This document shows, piece by piece, positions 37,436-47,063 of a stretch of 64,000 nucleotides of DNA. A model generated the notes under the pieces. That model ran no database searches and was not told where the DNA came from. It saw nothing but the letters and a program-made list of their open reading frames with translations. Position numbers and translations under genes: made by a program. Position 1 is the first letter of the stretch; each line of letters begins with the position of its first letter. The stretch is from an uncultured Candidatus Saccharibacteria bacterium. GTDB lineage: Bacteria; Patescibacteriota; Minisyncoccia; UBA6257; UBA9933. The stretch spans positions 24,895-88,894 of the forward strand of contig CAYVOL010000001.1 of assembly GCA_964453135.1 (NCBI GenBank). Direction: 5' to 3'.

Positions 37436-37891
37436 TTACCGCTTCTTCCATTGGGGAGCGCGGCGGGCTTTTTTCAATCCGTATTTCTTTCTTTCCACCA
37501 CCCGGGCGTCGCGCGTAAGAAAACTCAATTTTCGGAGCCGCTTGGCAAAAATGGGATTGAATTCCAGCAAAGCGCGCGCCACTCCCAAACGGGTGGCTTC
37601 AGCTTGAGCGGTTAATCCCCCGCCTTTCACTTTCACTGTTCCTCCTAACTTATCAGTTAATTTTATTTCTTCCAAAGGGTCGAGTGCTGTTTTCTGCAAA
37701 CGGAGCAAAGGAAAATATTTTTCCAAAGCGCGTTCGTTGACGGTAAAGCCTTTGACTTTGGTATAAAGCCGCACGCGGCTGGTGGCGTTTTTCCGGCGGC
37801 CTACTGCTTCGTAATATCTTTCTTTTTTGTTTTCTTTTTTGGAAGCCGCTGATTTTTCTTCTTTTTTAGCGGCGGTTTTAGTTTCAGTCAT
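37436..37891 (-). CDS. rpsI: 30S ribosomal protein S9
   Basis: GRRKNATSRV, GGGLTAQAEA, ERKKYGLKKARRAPQWKKR. Confidence 0.97.
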   Translation of the reverse strand: MTETKTAAKKEEKSAASKKENKKERYYEAVGRRKNATSRVRLYTKVKGFTVNERALEKYFPLLRLQKTALDPLEEIKLTDKLGGTVKVKGGGLTAQAEATRLGVARALLEFNPIFAKRLRKLSFLTRDARVVERKKYGLKKARRAPQWKKR

Positions 37892-37919
37892 AGTATATAA
37901 ATAGGCTGCGAAAAAAAGC

Positions 37920-38261
37920 TTATTCTACAACCAACCTTTTCATCCGCCCGACGCGTAATTTATTTTTCGGAAGCATCTGGGAAACCGCTTTTTTTAACGC
38001 TTCTCCTTTCCCCTTCTTTCCGATTAATTCTTTAAGCGTTTGGGACTTAAGATGCCCCATGTAGCCGGTGTGATGGTAATAAATTTTTTGCTCTTCTTTT
38101 TTGCCGGTAAAAACAACCCTGTCAATGTTAATGACTTTGACTTTGTCTTCGCCCAATAAACGCGGATCGTAAGACGGCGACTTTTTCCCCTGCAAAATTA
38201 TCGCCGCCTCGCTGGCCACTCTTCCCATTGGTTTATTGGCGGCGTCAATGACGTATTCCAT
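37920..38261 (-). CDS. rplM: 50S ribosomal protein L13 (start corrected to MEYVIDA)
   Basis: IDAANKPMGRVAS, LQGK, YYHHTGYMG, MLPKNKL. Confidence 0.95.
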   Translation of the reverse strand: MEYVIDAANKPMGRVASEAAIILQGKKSPSYDPRLLGEDKVKVINIDRVVFTGKKEEQKIYYHHTGYMGHLKSQTLKELIGKKGKGEALKKAVSQMLPKNKLRVGRMKRLVVE

Positions 38262-38325
38262 AGTGAAGTAAGCATACAAAAAGTCTCCGATAATTTCAAG
38301 CCCCCGCGCCTTCATCCGCAAAAAA

Positions 38326-39819
38326 TCAGCGGCGCGGGAATAAATTCTCCCCCTTTGTTATCCGGAAAAAATCGCCCTCTCTTTGAATGCTTTGAGAAAT
38401 CTTGGAAGCGGCTTCCGGAAGAAAAGGAGAAAGCAGGTGGGCGACAAATTCCAAAATACGAATCAAATTAACTAAAACATCTTTTTTCTCTTCGGCATTT
38501 TCCCTATTTTCTCTATTTTCCCAGGGCTTTGTCTGATTAATATAATTGTCTCCGAAACTAATAAGTCCCCAAACAACCGATAGGGCCTCGTGAAATTTGA
38601 ATTCGTTAATTTTCTGCTCAACAATCTCCTTTGTTTTTTTAATTATATTCTCAATCTCTTTATCTGAAATATTCGCAGATATCCGCAGATTGGACTCGCG
38701 AGAAGCGAGAGTCAATACCCGCGCCGCAAAATTTCCCAAGCCGTTAGCCAAATCTCCATTGTATCTTTCCTTAAATTTTTCCTCCGTGTAATCGCCGTCT
38801 TCCGAAGAAGGAATTTCCCGCAAGAAATAATACCGCAATGCGTCGGCGCCATATTTTTCCGCCAGCTCTTCGGGCGAAACAACGTTGCCCAAAGATTTGG
38901 ACATTTTCTGCCCGCCGGAAGTTATATAGCCGTGGACAAAAATATTTTTAGGCACTTCCAAACCGGCGGCCAAAAGAATAGCGGGCCAGATAATGGCGTG
39001 AAACCGCAAAATATCTTTTCCGATAAAATGCGCGTCAGCGGGCCAGAATTTTTTGAATTTTTCATCAAAATATTTTTCGCCAGGAGAAACGCCGAATCCC
39101 AAAGCGGACAAATAATTCGGGAGAGCGTCAAACCAGACGTAAATCGTATGGCTGTCATCGCCAGGCACGGGGATGCCCCAGCTATTTTTTTCTTTAGGAC
39201 GCGAGATGCTGATGTCCTCCAACCCGCGCCTTAAAAAGGCCAAAGTTTCATTTTTGCGGCTCTCGGGAATTATCTTGATTTCATTATTTTTGATTCTCTT
39301 CTCAATTTCTCCCCCGTATCGCGAAAGGCGGAAAAAATAATTTTTCTCTTTGACTAATTCCGGCTCTGTTAAATGCTCGGGACACTGGCCGTTAACAAGG
39401 TCTTTGGGAGTTTTAAAAGATTCGCATCCGACGCAATAAAGGCCTTCAAATTCTTTTAAGTAGATATCCCCTTTTTTATTTAACGCGTTCCAGACGGCAA
39501 TCACGCCGGGCCAATGTTTTGCTCGGTCGCTTGTGCGGATAAATTCGTCCCAGCTTAAATTCAAAATGTCTTTTAGCCGGCGGAACTGCGCGGCAATATC
39601 ATCAACAAATTCCTGAGGAGATTTATTATTTTTTTTAGCCGCTTGGACGATTTTTGTCCCGTGCTCGTCCACGCCGGATAAAAAAAACACTTCGTCTCCT
39701 TTTTGGCGATGCCAACGGGCAAGCAAGTCTGCCTCGACGCTTTCCAAGGCAAAACCGATATGAGGAGAGGCATTGGCGTAAGCAATGGAAGTGGTGATGT
39801 AAAATTTTTCGCCTGCCAT
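38326..39819 (-). CDS. metG: Methionine--tRNA ligase
   Basis: YITTSIAYAN..PHIG, DEHG, YVWFDALPNY, GKDILRFH, KMSKS. Confidence 0.97.
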   Translation of the reverse strand: MAGEKFYITTSIAYANASPHIGFALESVEADLLARWHRQKGDEVFFLSGVDEHGTKIVQAAKKNNKSPQEFVDDIAAQFRRLKDILNLSWDEFIRTSDRAKHWPGVIAVWNALNKKGDIYLKEFEGLYCVGCESFKTPKDLVNGQCPEHLTEPELVKEKNYFFRLSRYGGEIEKRIKNNEIKIIPESRKNETLAFLRRGLEDISISRPKEKNSWGIPVPGDDSHTIYVWFDALPNYLSALGFGVSPGEKYFDEKFKKFWPADAHFIGKDILRFHAIIWPAILLAAGLEVPKNIFVHGYITSGGQKMSKSLGNVVSPEELAEKYGADALRYYFLREIPSSEDGDYTEEKFKERYNGDLANGLGNFAARVLTLASRESNLRISANISDKEIENIIKKTKEIVEQKINEFKFHEALSVVWGLISFGDNYINQTKPWENRENRENAEEKKDVLVNLIRILEFVAHLLSPFLPEAASKISQSIQREGDFFRITKGENLFPRR

Positions 39820-39912
39820 AATTGAATTATGGAGGAAACAAACTTATAATTCAATAAAAATATCGCTGGGTCGCGATTAGATTAGCTGGACCAGGGCGAT
39901 AACAAATAACAA

Positions 39913-40599
39913 ATGAGGTTTGATATTATTACAATTTTTCCCCAGATGTTTGACTCTTATTTGAACGAGTCTATTTTGAAGCGGACGCGGGAAAAACGTT
40001 TGATTGAAATTAAAACCCACGACCTCCGGCGCTTTGCCCGGGACAAACACCGCAAAGTGGACGACCGGCCGTTTGGCGGAGGCCCAGGAATGGTGCTCAA
40101 GATTGAACCGTTAATCAAAGCGATAAACCATGCAGCGCGATCCAAGATCCAAGATCCAAGATCCAAGATCCTAGTGGTATTATTTTCACCAGCAGGAAAA
40201 CAATTGGACGATAAAACAGCTTTGAGATTGGCTAAAAATAAAAACCGCCTTATCTTAATCTGCGGACGCTACGAGGGCGTAGACAATCGCTTGAGCAAAA
40301 TAGTAAAAGATTTGGGATTGAAAATAGAAAATTTATCTCTTGGTCCCTATGTTTTAACCGGCGGCGAACTTCCGGCAATGGTTTTGATTGACGCTGTTGC
40401 GCGAAAAATTCCGGGCGTTTTGGGAAAAGACAATTCGCTGGAAGAAAAAAGGTTCGGCATAGGAGTGCCAACTTATTCCCGTCCGGAAATTTTCACTTAC
40501 AAAAAGAAAAAATACAAAGTGCCCGAAGTTCTTCTTACGGGCAATCACAAGAGAATAGAAGGGTGGAAAAGGGAAAACGCGCCGACTATTAAGGATTGA
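39913..40599 (+). CDS. trmD: tRNA (guanine-N1)-methyltransferase
   Basis: VDDRPFGGGPGMVL, CGRYEGVD, YVLTGGELPA. Confidence 0.97.
   Translation: MRFDIITIFPQMFDSYLNESILKRTREKRLIEIKTHDLRRFARDKHRKVDDRPFGGGPGMVLKIEPLIKAINHAARSKIQDPRSKILVVLFSPAGKQLDDKTALRLAKNKNRLILICGRYEGVDNRLSKIVKDLGLKIENLSLGPYVLTGGELPAMVLIDAVARKIPGVLGKDNSLEEKRFGIGVPTYSRPEIFTYKKKKYKVPEVLLTGNHKRIEGWKRENAPTIKD
40139..40173 (+). repeat. Heptamer tandem repeat inside trmD
   Basis: (GATCCAA)x4 plus GATCCTA, read as RSKIQDPRSKIL. Confidence 0.9.
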
Positions 40600-41077
40600 C
40601 GGTGATTGTGCCGGCGCGAAAGGGATTAAGGTGGTTGTGGTATTCCCAGACGCCGACTTTGTTAAACTGGAATGACCACGCTTGTCCCGGCTGCGTCCCT
40701 CCGCAGGCGTCAAAAGCGTTATTATCGGGATTGGCGCAGTGTTCGGACAAAGACGTGCCGCTGTAATCTCTATGGCTGGGGTGAACGCCCGAAGCGGTCC
40801 ACATAGCCTCTGAGCTGTTATTCTGGAAAACAACAGTCGCGCCGACTTTCACTTCTAAATTTTCGGGCGAGTATCCTTGGTCGGTATAAACAACAACAAA
40901 CTGGCCGGCTGATTTTTCTTTTACAGAAGAAGGCGTTTCGGAAATAGGCGCGGTTGGCGCTGGATTATTGTAATTAGGCGCCAGAACTTTTCCGCTTTCC
41001 TTGTTCGCGTATAAATAAACTCCGTAAACAAAAAGAATAATAACGATAACGAGAATAAAAATAATCGGTCTTTTCAT
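40589..41077 (-). CDS. Membrane-anchored cupredoxin-fold protein, His-type ligand loop
   Basis: GYSPENLEVKVGATVVFQN, HPSH, FNKVGVWEYHNHLNP..GTITV. Confidence 0.8.
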   Translation of the reverse strand: MKRPIIFILVIVIILFVYGVYLYANKESGKVLAPNYNNPAPTAPISETPSSVKEKSAGQFVVVYTDQGYSPENLEVKVGATVVFQNNSSEAMWTASGVHPSHRDYSGTSLSEHCANPDNNAFDACGGTQPGQAWSFQFNKVGVWEYHNHLNPFRAGTITVNP

Positions 41078-41102
41078 ATTTCTATAAAAGATTATAGCGA
41101 AA

Positions 41103-41486
41103 TTAGCGACCTTTGGGAAAATAGTTCTTGAAAGAAAAATTGTCCGGCAGGGAGTCTGTAAGAATGGCGATAGCGGCTGTTAAAAGTCCGATGTCTCTCA
41201 CTGTTATATCAGTAATGCCGCTTACCGTAAGTACAATGAGCAAATGGATGGCGGCTATTAAAGCTGCTAACCAGGTGAAATAGTCAACCAGAAGCAAAAA
41301 GCCTATAGCAATGTCAAGAAACGCCGTGCCTATCATCGCTTGCTCTAATGGCACGGGCAAAAGTCCGGCGGCCCAGGGCTGTAAATACCCGCCCCAAGCC
41401 AACGGCATTTTGAAAATCAAAACACCAATCCAAAGAAAGGTTATTGCCATTCCGACTCTTAAAATGTGGTGGGATGTCTTGCGCAT
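41103..41486 (-). CDS. DoxX-like membrane protein (start corrected to MRKTSHH)
   Basis: ILRVGMAITFLWIG, DIAIGFLLL, VRDIGL. Confidence 0.75.
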   Translation of the reverse strand: MRKTSHHILRVGMAITFLWIGVLIFKMPLAWGGYLQPWAAGLLPVPLEQAMIGTAFLDIAIGFLLLVDYFTWLAALIAAIHLLIVLTVSGITDITVRDIGLLTAAIAILTDSLPDNFSFKNYFPKGR

Positions 41487-41491
41487 AGAAA

Positions 41492-41902
41492 TCAAATCAA
41501 GATCTTTAAAATAATTATAATCCCCATAAGCCAAAAAGTAAAAGCCGACATCACGCACCAAAAACACCACGCGCGGATAACTGTCTTCTGAAGATAAATG
41601 AATAAAAACGACACCAGCGAAGCGACCGCGACAAGAAGATTGAGGACAAAGCTCCACAAAGCCATAGGCGTAATTCCGATAACCAGAAAAGCCGACACCA
41701 AAGAAATGATTACGTAAACAAATAAACCAATAACATCGTTCGGGATAATGAAAATTTTGCTGTACGCGCTGGTTAGCACAGTCAAACAATCCTCTCCTAT
41801 GGGGCAAACAGGTTTTTCGGCGGCAATTCTTTTGCGGATAAGGTAAGACGTCTCGCTGATGCCGATAGCGGACAGAGTAAAAATGAGGGCCAAGGAGGTC
41901 AT
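41492..41902 (-). CDS. Vitamin K epoxide reductase (VKOR) family protein
   Basis: CPIGEDCLTVLTSAYS, IPN..IG, WCFWC. Confidence 0.9.
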   Translation of the reverse strand: MTSLALIFTLSAIGISETSYLIRKRIAAEKPVCPIGEDCLTVLTSAYSKIFIIPNDVIGLFVYVIISLVSAFLVIGITPMALWSFVLNLLVAVASLVSFLFIYLQKTVIRAWCFWCVMSAFTFWLMGIIIILKILI

Positions 41903-41907
41903 AAACT

Positions 41908-42897
41908 TTATATCGTCAGTCCTAAAACTTTTTTTACCGCTGCCATTTTTTCGCGGGCGCGGACGCGGGCTTTTTCATTTCCCTCGGCGATGATTTTTCC
42001 AAAAGACGCCGGGTCTTTCAAAAAATGTGTTTTGCGCTCCTGAAAGTCTTTTAATTTTTCCGCCAACAAGTCGGCCAGAGCGTTTTTGAAAGTTCCGTAA
42101 TTCTGGCCTTTAAATTTTTTTTCTATCTCCCTTAGCGTCATTCCGCTGAAACCCCGATAAATTTCCATGAGGTTAGAAACAGCTGGCTTGATTTTCGGGT
42201 CATATTTAATTTCCTTGCCTGAATCAGTGGTCGCTCTTTTGATTTTAGCGCGGACAATATCAGCGGGGTCATCCAAAAACAAACAGCTATCCGGGATGGA
42301 TTTGGACATTTTTTTCGCCGGATTGTACAAACCCATAAGCCGGGGCGTTTCGGTTAAAACCGCCTGGGGCTCGGTGAATATCTTGCCGAACTGAACATTA
42401 AATTTTCTCGCCAAGGTGCGGGCAAGCTCTAAATGCTGTTTTTGATCTTCTCCAATAGGCACAAAACGGGCGTCGTATAAAAGAATATCCGCGGCCTGCA
42501 AAATGGGATAAGTGAAAAGCCCCACATTGATATTGCTTTTCTGCCTTTGGGCTTTGTCCTTAAACTGGGTCATCCGCGAAACATCGCCAAAAGGAGCGAT
42601 GGCGCTGAAAATCCAAGCCAGCTCGGCGTGCTCGGCGATTTGCGACTGGATGAAAATCGTCGCTTTTTTGGGATCAATGCCGGCGGCTAAAAAATTCAAA
42701 ACAATGTCCAAAATCTGGCGCGGCTTTTCTTGAGGAACAAAATCTTCGGTAAGAGAATGGAGGTCGGCCACGAAAAAATAACATTCATACTGGCCGGAAT
42801 TCTGGAGATTAACAAAATTCTTCAATGCCCCCAAATAATTACCGATATGTAGTTTTCCTGTTGGTTGAATGCCGGAGATTAAGATATTTTTGGGCAT
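41908..42897 (-). CDS. trpS: Tryptophan--tRNA ligase
   Basis: SGIQPTGKLHIGNY, YPILQAADIL, GEDQKQHLE, KMSKS. Confidence 0.97.
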   Translation of the reverse strand: MPKNILISGIQPTGKLHIGNYLGALKNFVNLQNSGQYECYFFVADLHSLTEDFVPQEKPRQILDIVLNFLAAGIDPKKATIFIQSQIAEHAELAWIFSAIAPFGDVSRMTQFKDKAQRQKSNINVGLFTYPILQAADILLYDARFVPIGEDQKQHLELARTLARKFNVQFGKIFTEPQAVLTETPRLMGLYNPAKKMSKSIPDSCLFLDDPADIVRAKIKRATTDSGKEIKYDPKIKPAVSNLMEIYRGFSGMTLREIEKKFKGQNYGTFKNALADLLAEKLKDFQERKTHFLKDPASFGKIIAEGNEKARVRAREKMAAVKKVLGLTI

Positions 42898-42977
42898 AGG
42901 CGTTATATTAAAACTTAAATCATGAAACTTGAATCGTAAAAATTAAGGCATAAAGCTTGAAACTTGAAACATAAATT

Positions 42978-44792
42978 TTACACCTGGATTATTACCGGCA
43001 AAACCATAGGCCTTCGCTTTGTCTTATTATATAAGAACTGGCTAATTTGGTCGCGCATCAGTCCTTTGAGATAGTCGGGTTCCAATTCTTGAAGACGAGG
43101 CATGCGCGAAACGATGCTGGTTATTCTTTTTCTCAATTCTTCCACCAGTTCTTTATTTTCGCGAAGATAAATAAACCCTCGCGAAATAATATCAGGGTTT
43201 TTCAAAAACCGGCCGGTTCTTCTGTCCAAAGTGGCGATAATAACCACCATCCCTTCCTGCGCCAAAACGCGCCTGTCCCGCAGAACGATTTCTCCCACAT
43301 CCCCCACTCCCAATCCGTCCACCATCACATAGTAAGCCGGCACTGTTTCTTGAGTAGGGCGGGCGGCGCCGGGAGTGAATTCCGTTATTTGTCCGTTGTC
43401 AGCCAGAATAACGTTATCTTTGGGAATTTTAAGCTCCTCGGCCAATCTTCCCAAAGTAGCCCGCATAAAATATTGCCCGTGAATAGGCACTAAAAATTTC
43501 GGGTTTACCAGTTTAATAATAGTTTGAAGCTCTTCTCCGGTGGCGTGCCCAGAAGCATGAAGGTCTACAATTCGGGAATGGTAAATTCTCGCTCCCTGCC
43601 GCGTTAGATTATCTTTAAGAACCTGAACATCGCGCTCGTTTCCCGGAATAACCGAGGAAGAAAAAATAACGGTATCGCCCGTCTTGATTTGAACCTGGCG
43701 ATGCTCGCCGTTGACGATTTTCATCAGGCTGGCGTTCGGCTCTCCTTGGGCGCCAGTGGAAAGAATCAAAATTTTCTCGTCTTTGTAGCGGGAAATATCT
43801 TCTAAAGGAATGATAGCTCCTTTTTTCACTTTGATATAGCCGAGATTCTGGGCAATCTGGACGTTGGTTTTCATGGAAAGTCCGGAAAAGAAAACTTTGC
43901 GGTCGTATTTTTCCGCGATTTTTATTATTTCCGCGATGCGGGTAAGCATGGAGGCGAAAGTGCCGATGATTATCCGGCCGGAAGATTTTTTGAAGATCTC
44001 TTCAATGTTTTTCTCTACGACTTTTTCCGAAGCGGAAACACCCGGCACGTCGGCGTTGGTGCTTTCCAAAAACAAAGCGTGAATGTCAAAATTTTTCCCC
44101 GCCCATTTAAATTCTTCCAAGCCAATGGGGTTGTCTTTTTCGTCGTAGTCAAACTTCACATCCGTGCAGTACACGAAATTGCCCGCCGGGGTTTTAATCA
44201 CCGCGCTCACCGTGTCGGGAATGCTGTGGATAATTCCAAAAAATTCTACTTCAAAATTATCGGAAAATTTCACTTTTTCCCGGTTGCCTATCAGCTCAAA
44301 ATTCAACTTGGGAGAATTGATAAAATCTTCCTGCCTTTTTTGGATTATCTCTCGGGTTAGTTTAGTGGCATAAATAGTCGGATTACCCAGTTTTTCAATC
44401 AGATAAGGCAGGGCTCCGATGTGGTCGTAATGGGCGTGAGTGATAATCAAGCCGCGGATTTTGTTTTTGCGCTCTTCTAAATACTGGACATTGGGAATAA
44501 TGTAATCAATGCCCGGAGTTTCTTCGTCCGGAAACTGAATGCCGGCGTCTAAAACAATGATGTCGTCCTGATATTCAAAAAAAGACATATTCCTTCCCAC
44601 TTCTTCCAAGCCGCCCAAAGCGCCGAAGCGCAGAACTTCTTTCTTGGGCATAGGAGAAATAATATTTTCGTCCAAAGGTTCCGCCGCCGGCCTAAAAGGC
44701 ATTCTCCGTCTTGACGGCCGCGAATATTTCCGCGCGTCTGTTTTTGAAATTAAATCTGAAGGATGGCTTCTTCGTCGGGAATTTTTAATCAT
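42978..44792 (-). CDS. rnj: Ribonuclease J
   Basis: GGLEEVGRNM, THAHYDHIG, HSIPD, TGAQGEP, HASGH. Confidence 0.96.
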   Translation of the reverse strand: MIKNSRRRSHPSDLISKTDARKYSRPSRRRMPFRPAAEPLDENIISPMPKKEVLRFGALGGLEEVGRNMSFFEYQDDIIVLDAGIQFPDEETPGIDYIIPNVQYLEERKNKIRGLIITHAHYDHIGALPYLIEKLGNPTIYATKLTREIIQKRQEDFINSPKLNFELIGNREKVKFSDNFEVEFFGIIHSIPDTVSAVIKTPAGNFVYCTDVKFDYDEKDNPIGLEEFKWAGKNFDIHALFLESTNADVPGVSASEKVVEKNIEEIFKKSSGRIIIGTFASMLTRIAEIIKIAEKYDRKVFFSGLSMKTNVQIAQNLGYIKVKKGAIIPLEDISRYKDEKILILSTGAQGEPNASLMKIVNGEHRQVQIKTGDTVIFSSSVIPGNERDVQVLKDNLTRQGARIYHSRIVDLHASGHATGEELQTIIKLVNPKFLVPIHGQYFMRATLGRLAEELKIPKDNVILADNGQITEFTPGAARPTQETVPAYYVMVDGLGVGDVGEIVLRDRRVLAQEGMVVIIATLDRRTGRFLKNPDIISRGFIYLRENKELVEELRKRITSIVSRMPRLQELEPDYLKGLMRDQISQFLYNKTKRRPMVLPVIIQV

Positions 44793-44856
44793 ATTCTTGT
44801 GTATAAATTTAATTTTTCCGCCTACCGGCGACTAAGGGGTTAATTGTTCTAAAATG

Positions 44857-44928
44857 TGCGCCCATGAAGGATCGGACTTCAGGCCTCTTGCGTGTCATGC
44901 AAGCGCTCTACCACTGAGCTATGGGCGC
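44857..44928 (-). tRNA. tRNA-Val(GAC)
   Basis: Cloverleaf GCGCCCA...TGGGCGC-A; anticodon arm cttgc-atGACac-gcaag; CCA not fully encoded. Confidence 0.9.
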
Positions 44929-45012
44929 GTCTGGAAAACTGGAAAATTTTAGTTTCTACACAGATAAATTTTATCGGAAAATATCTATTAACGGTGAAGC
45001 TAAATTAAATTC

Positions 45013-45087
45013 TGGTGGGTGTGGAAGGAATCGAACCTTCGACTTCTGTCTTATCAGGACAGCGTTCTACCACTGAACTACACACCC
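45013..45087 (-). tRNA. tRNA-Ile(GAT)
   Basis: GGGTGTG...CACACCC-A-CCA; anticodon arm ctgtc-ctGATaa-gacag; GGTTCGATTCC. Confidence 0.95.
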
Positions 45088-45241
45088 GAAATTTACAAAG
45101 ATTATCAGCGCGGTCTACCGCTAAACCATTCGCCTATGTCAATTTCCGGCTTTTAGCTTAAAGTTTACGAGAAATAAAATTTAGAGAATGAAATTGGGAA
45201 GCAATAAAAGGATATAAAAGTTTTAGCAAGGTAGACAACTA

Positions 45242-45553
45242 TTATCTATGGACATTGGTGCTGGTAGCAAAGCTCTTGGTCGCCGTCGCGCTGGAGATTG
45301 TTGAACTGACAATGGCCTCCGAAGACGACGTATTAATGGGGGAAACGTTCTCCGTAATAATACCAATTTTTTTTAATTTTTCAAATTGGAAGCCGGAAGC
45401 GGGAGCAAGCGCGCCGACAGAGCCGCCGCTCTCCTCTGTGGCATCTTTAATAAAACCAACCCAGTTAAAAGACGCCCAAATAAGCGCGGTGAGAATGGAA
45501 ATTCCTAAAAACGTAAAAATTATGCTGTATTTATATTCGATTAATTTAGCCAC
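45242..45553 (-). CDS. Small single-TM protein (likely GTG start 45553)
   Basis: One TM and S/T-rich tail, directly downstream of the PilO-like gene. Confidence 0.55.
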   Translation of the reverse strand: MAKLIEYKYSIIFTFLGISILTALIWASFNWVGFIKDATEESGGSVGALAPASGFQFEKLKKIGIITENVSPINTSSSEAIVSSTISSATATKSFATSTNVHR

Positions 45554-45560
45554 GGTGGTG

Positions 45561-46079
45561 TCAAAAAGAAAAAATTTGTCCGCTAAAATTTCCGCTCGCG
45601 CTGGCGCCCTGAAAAATAGAATCAAACCGCTGAATTTTAACAAAATAACGGCTTTGCTCCAAGGCGCTCAAAAAATTCGCCAAGTCTTTCAGCTGGGCGT
45701 TCCCGCTAAAAGACAAATTTACATTAGTGCGCCGAAGACTTCCCGGAGAAGCCGCCTCCTCTCCAAAAGACACATTGGCGGACAAATTATTTCTTTGCGC
45801 CAAAGAATTTATGTCTCCCGGAAAAGTTAGAAGATTGTCTTTAGTGATAAAATACCGACTCATCAGCTGGTTATATTGTTTCGCCTGTTCCGCTTTGCTT
45901 TCCATATCAGCCAACTGGCTGATGTCGCGGGAATTTTCGGCAAACCGCGCCAGAAAAGAATGAATTTTATCCGCCCGCTGCTGTATGTCAGATTGTAAAT
46001 AAATTATGGCTGTTGTCAGAATCGCCGCTACGAAAATAATAATGGCTAATTTTCTGACAAGTAAAAATTTATTGAGCAT
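45561..46079 (-). CDS. PilO-like type IV pilus alignment protein (likely start 46079)
   Basis: TM, coiled coil, LSFSG...LANFLSALEQSRYFVKI pattern. Confidence 0.6.
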   Translation of the reverse strand: MLNKFLLVRKLAIIIFVAAILTTAIIYLQSDIQQRADKIHSFLARFAENSRDISQLADMESKAEQAKQYNQLMSRYFITKDNLLTFPGDINSLAQRNNLSANVSFGEEAASPGSLRRTNVNLSFSGNAQLKDLANFLSALEQSRYFVKIQRFDSIFQGASASGNFSGQIFSF

Positions 46080-46165
46080 AAAAATCGGCGGTTTCCGTTC
46101 AAAAATTATCAACTCGCCATACTATTTCTGATATTATATAATATTATTTAAAAAAATGAAATAAA

Positions 46166-47050
46166 ATGGATATTCAAGAAATTAAATTCAACAACCCCAA
46201 ATTTCCCCGTTTGCTGAAAACAATTTCCCGCCCGCCGAAGCACATTTTCTTGCGTGGAGAAATTCCTTCCGAGGGCATTTTCGCGGCAATAGTAGGAACA
46301 CGCAAAGCCACTGCGTCGGGAAAACAATTGGCCAAGGAATGGGCGGAAAAACTGGCGGAGATGGGAATTATCGTTGTCAGCGGATTGGCGCTGGGAATTG
46401 ACTCCGCGGCTCATGAAGGCGCGATAGCGACTGGCGGAAAAACTATCGCTGTTTTAGCCAACGGCGCGGACAAAATTTATCCCGCGCAAAATGAAAATCT
46501 GGCGAAAAAAATTCTGGAACTAGGCGGGGCGATTATTTCCGAATACGAACCGAAAACTCCCGCTCTCCCCCATCAATTTTTAGAACGCAATCGTTTAATA
46601 AGCGGATTAAGCATAGCCACTATTGTCATTGAGGCGCCCGAGCGCTCCGGAGCAATAGCTACCGCCCGATTAGCGGCGGAACAAGGACGGGAAGTATTTG
46701 TTGTTCCCGGGCCGGTAGAACATCCCAATTATAAAGGGGCGCACCAGTTAATCAGAGACGGGGCGAGATTGATAACGTCAATAGAAGATATTCTAGAAGA
46801 CCTTGGTTTAAATGATCTCGGGCGGCAAAAATTAAATTTAAATAATGCCGCGAAACTTTCTGAAGATGAATATCTAAATGCCAGCCAGCTAAAAATTATT
46901 GAGACCATCCGCCAAGCGGGAAAACCTCTTGCCATTGACGAAATAATTAAAATGACTAAACTGGACGCGTCCGTTGCCAATCAAGCCGTTGCTTTTCTGA
47001 CCATCGGAGAAATAATAGCGGAAACAGAACAAGGATACGGGTTAAGGTAA
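46166..47050 (+). CDS. dprA: DNA-processing protein DprA
   Basis: AIVGTRKAT, VSGLALGIDSAAH, FLERNRLISGLS, QGREVFVVPG. Confidence 0.96.
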   Translation: MDIQEIKFNNPKFPRLLKTISRPPKHIFLRGEIPSEGIFAAIVGTRKATASGKQLAKEWAEKLAEMGIIVVSGLALGIDSAAHEGAIATGGKTIAVLANGADKIYPAQNENLAKKILELGGAIISEYEPKTPALPHQFLERNRLISGLSIATIVIEAPERSGAIATARLAAEQGREVFVVPGPVEHPNYKGAHQLIRDGARLITSIEDILEDLGLNDLGRQKLNLNNAAKLSEDEYLNASQLKIIETIRQAGKPLAIDEIIKMTKLDASVANQAVAFLTIGEIIAETEQGYGLR

Positions 47051-47063
47051 ATTTTTAATTTCT

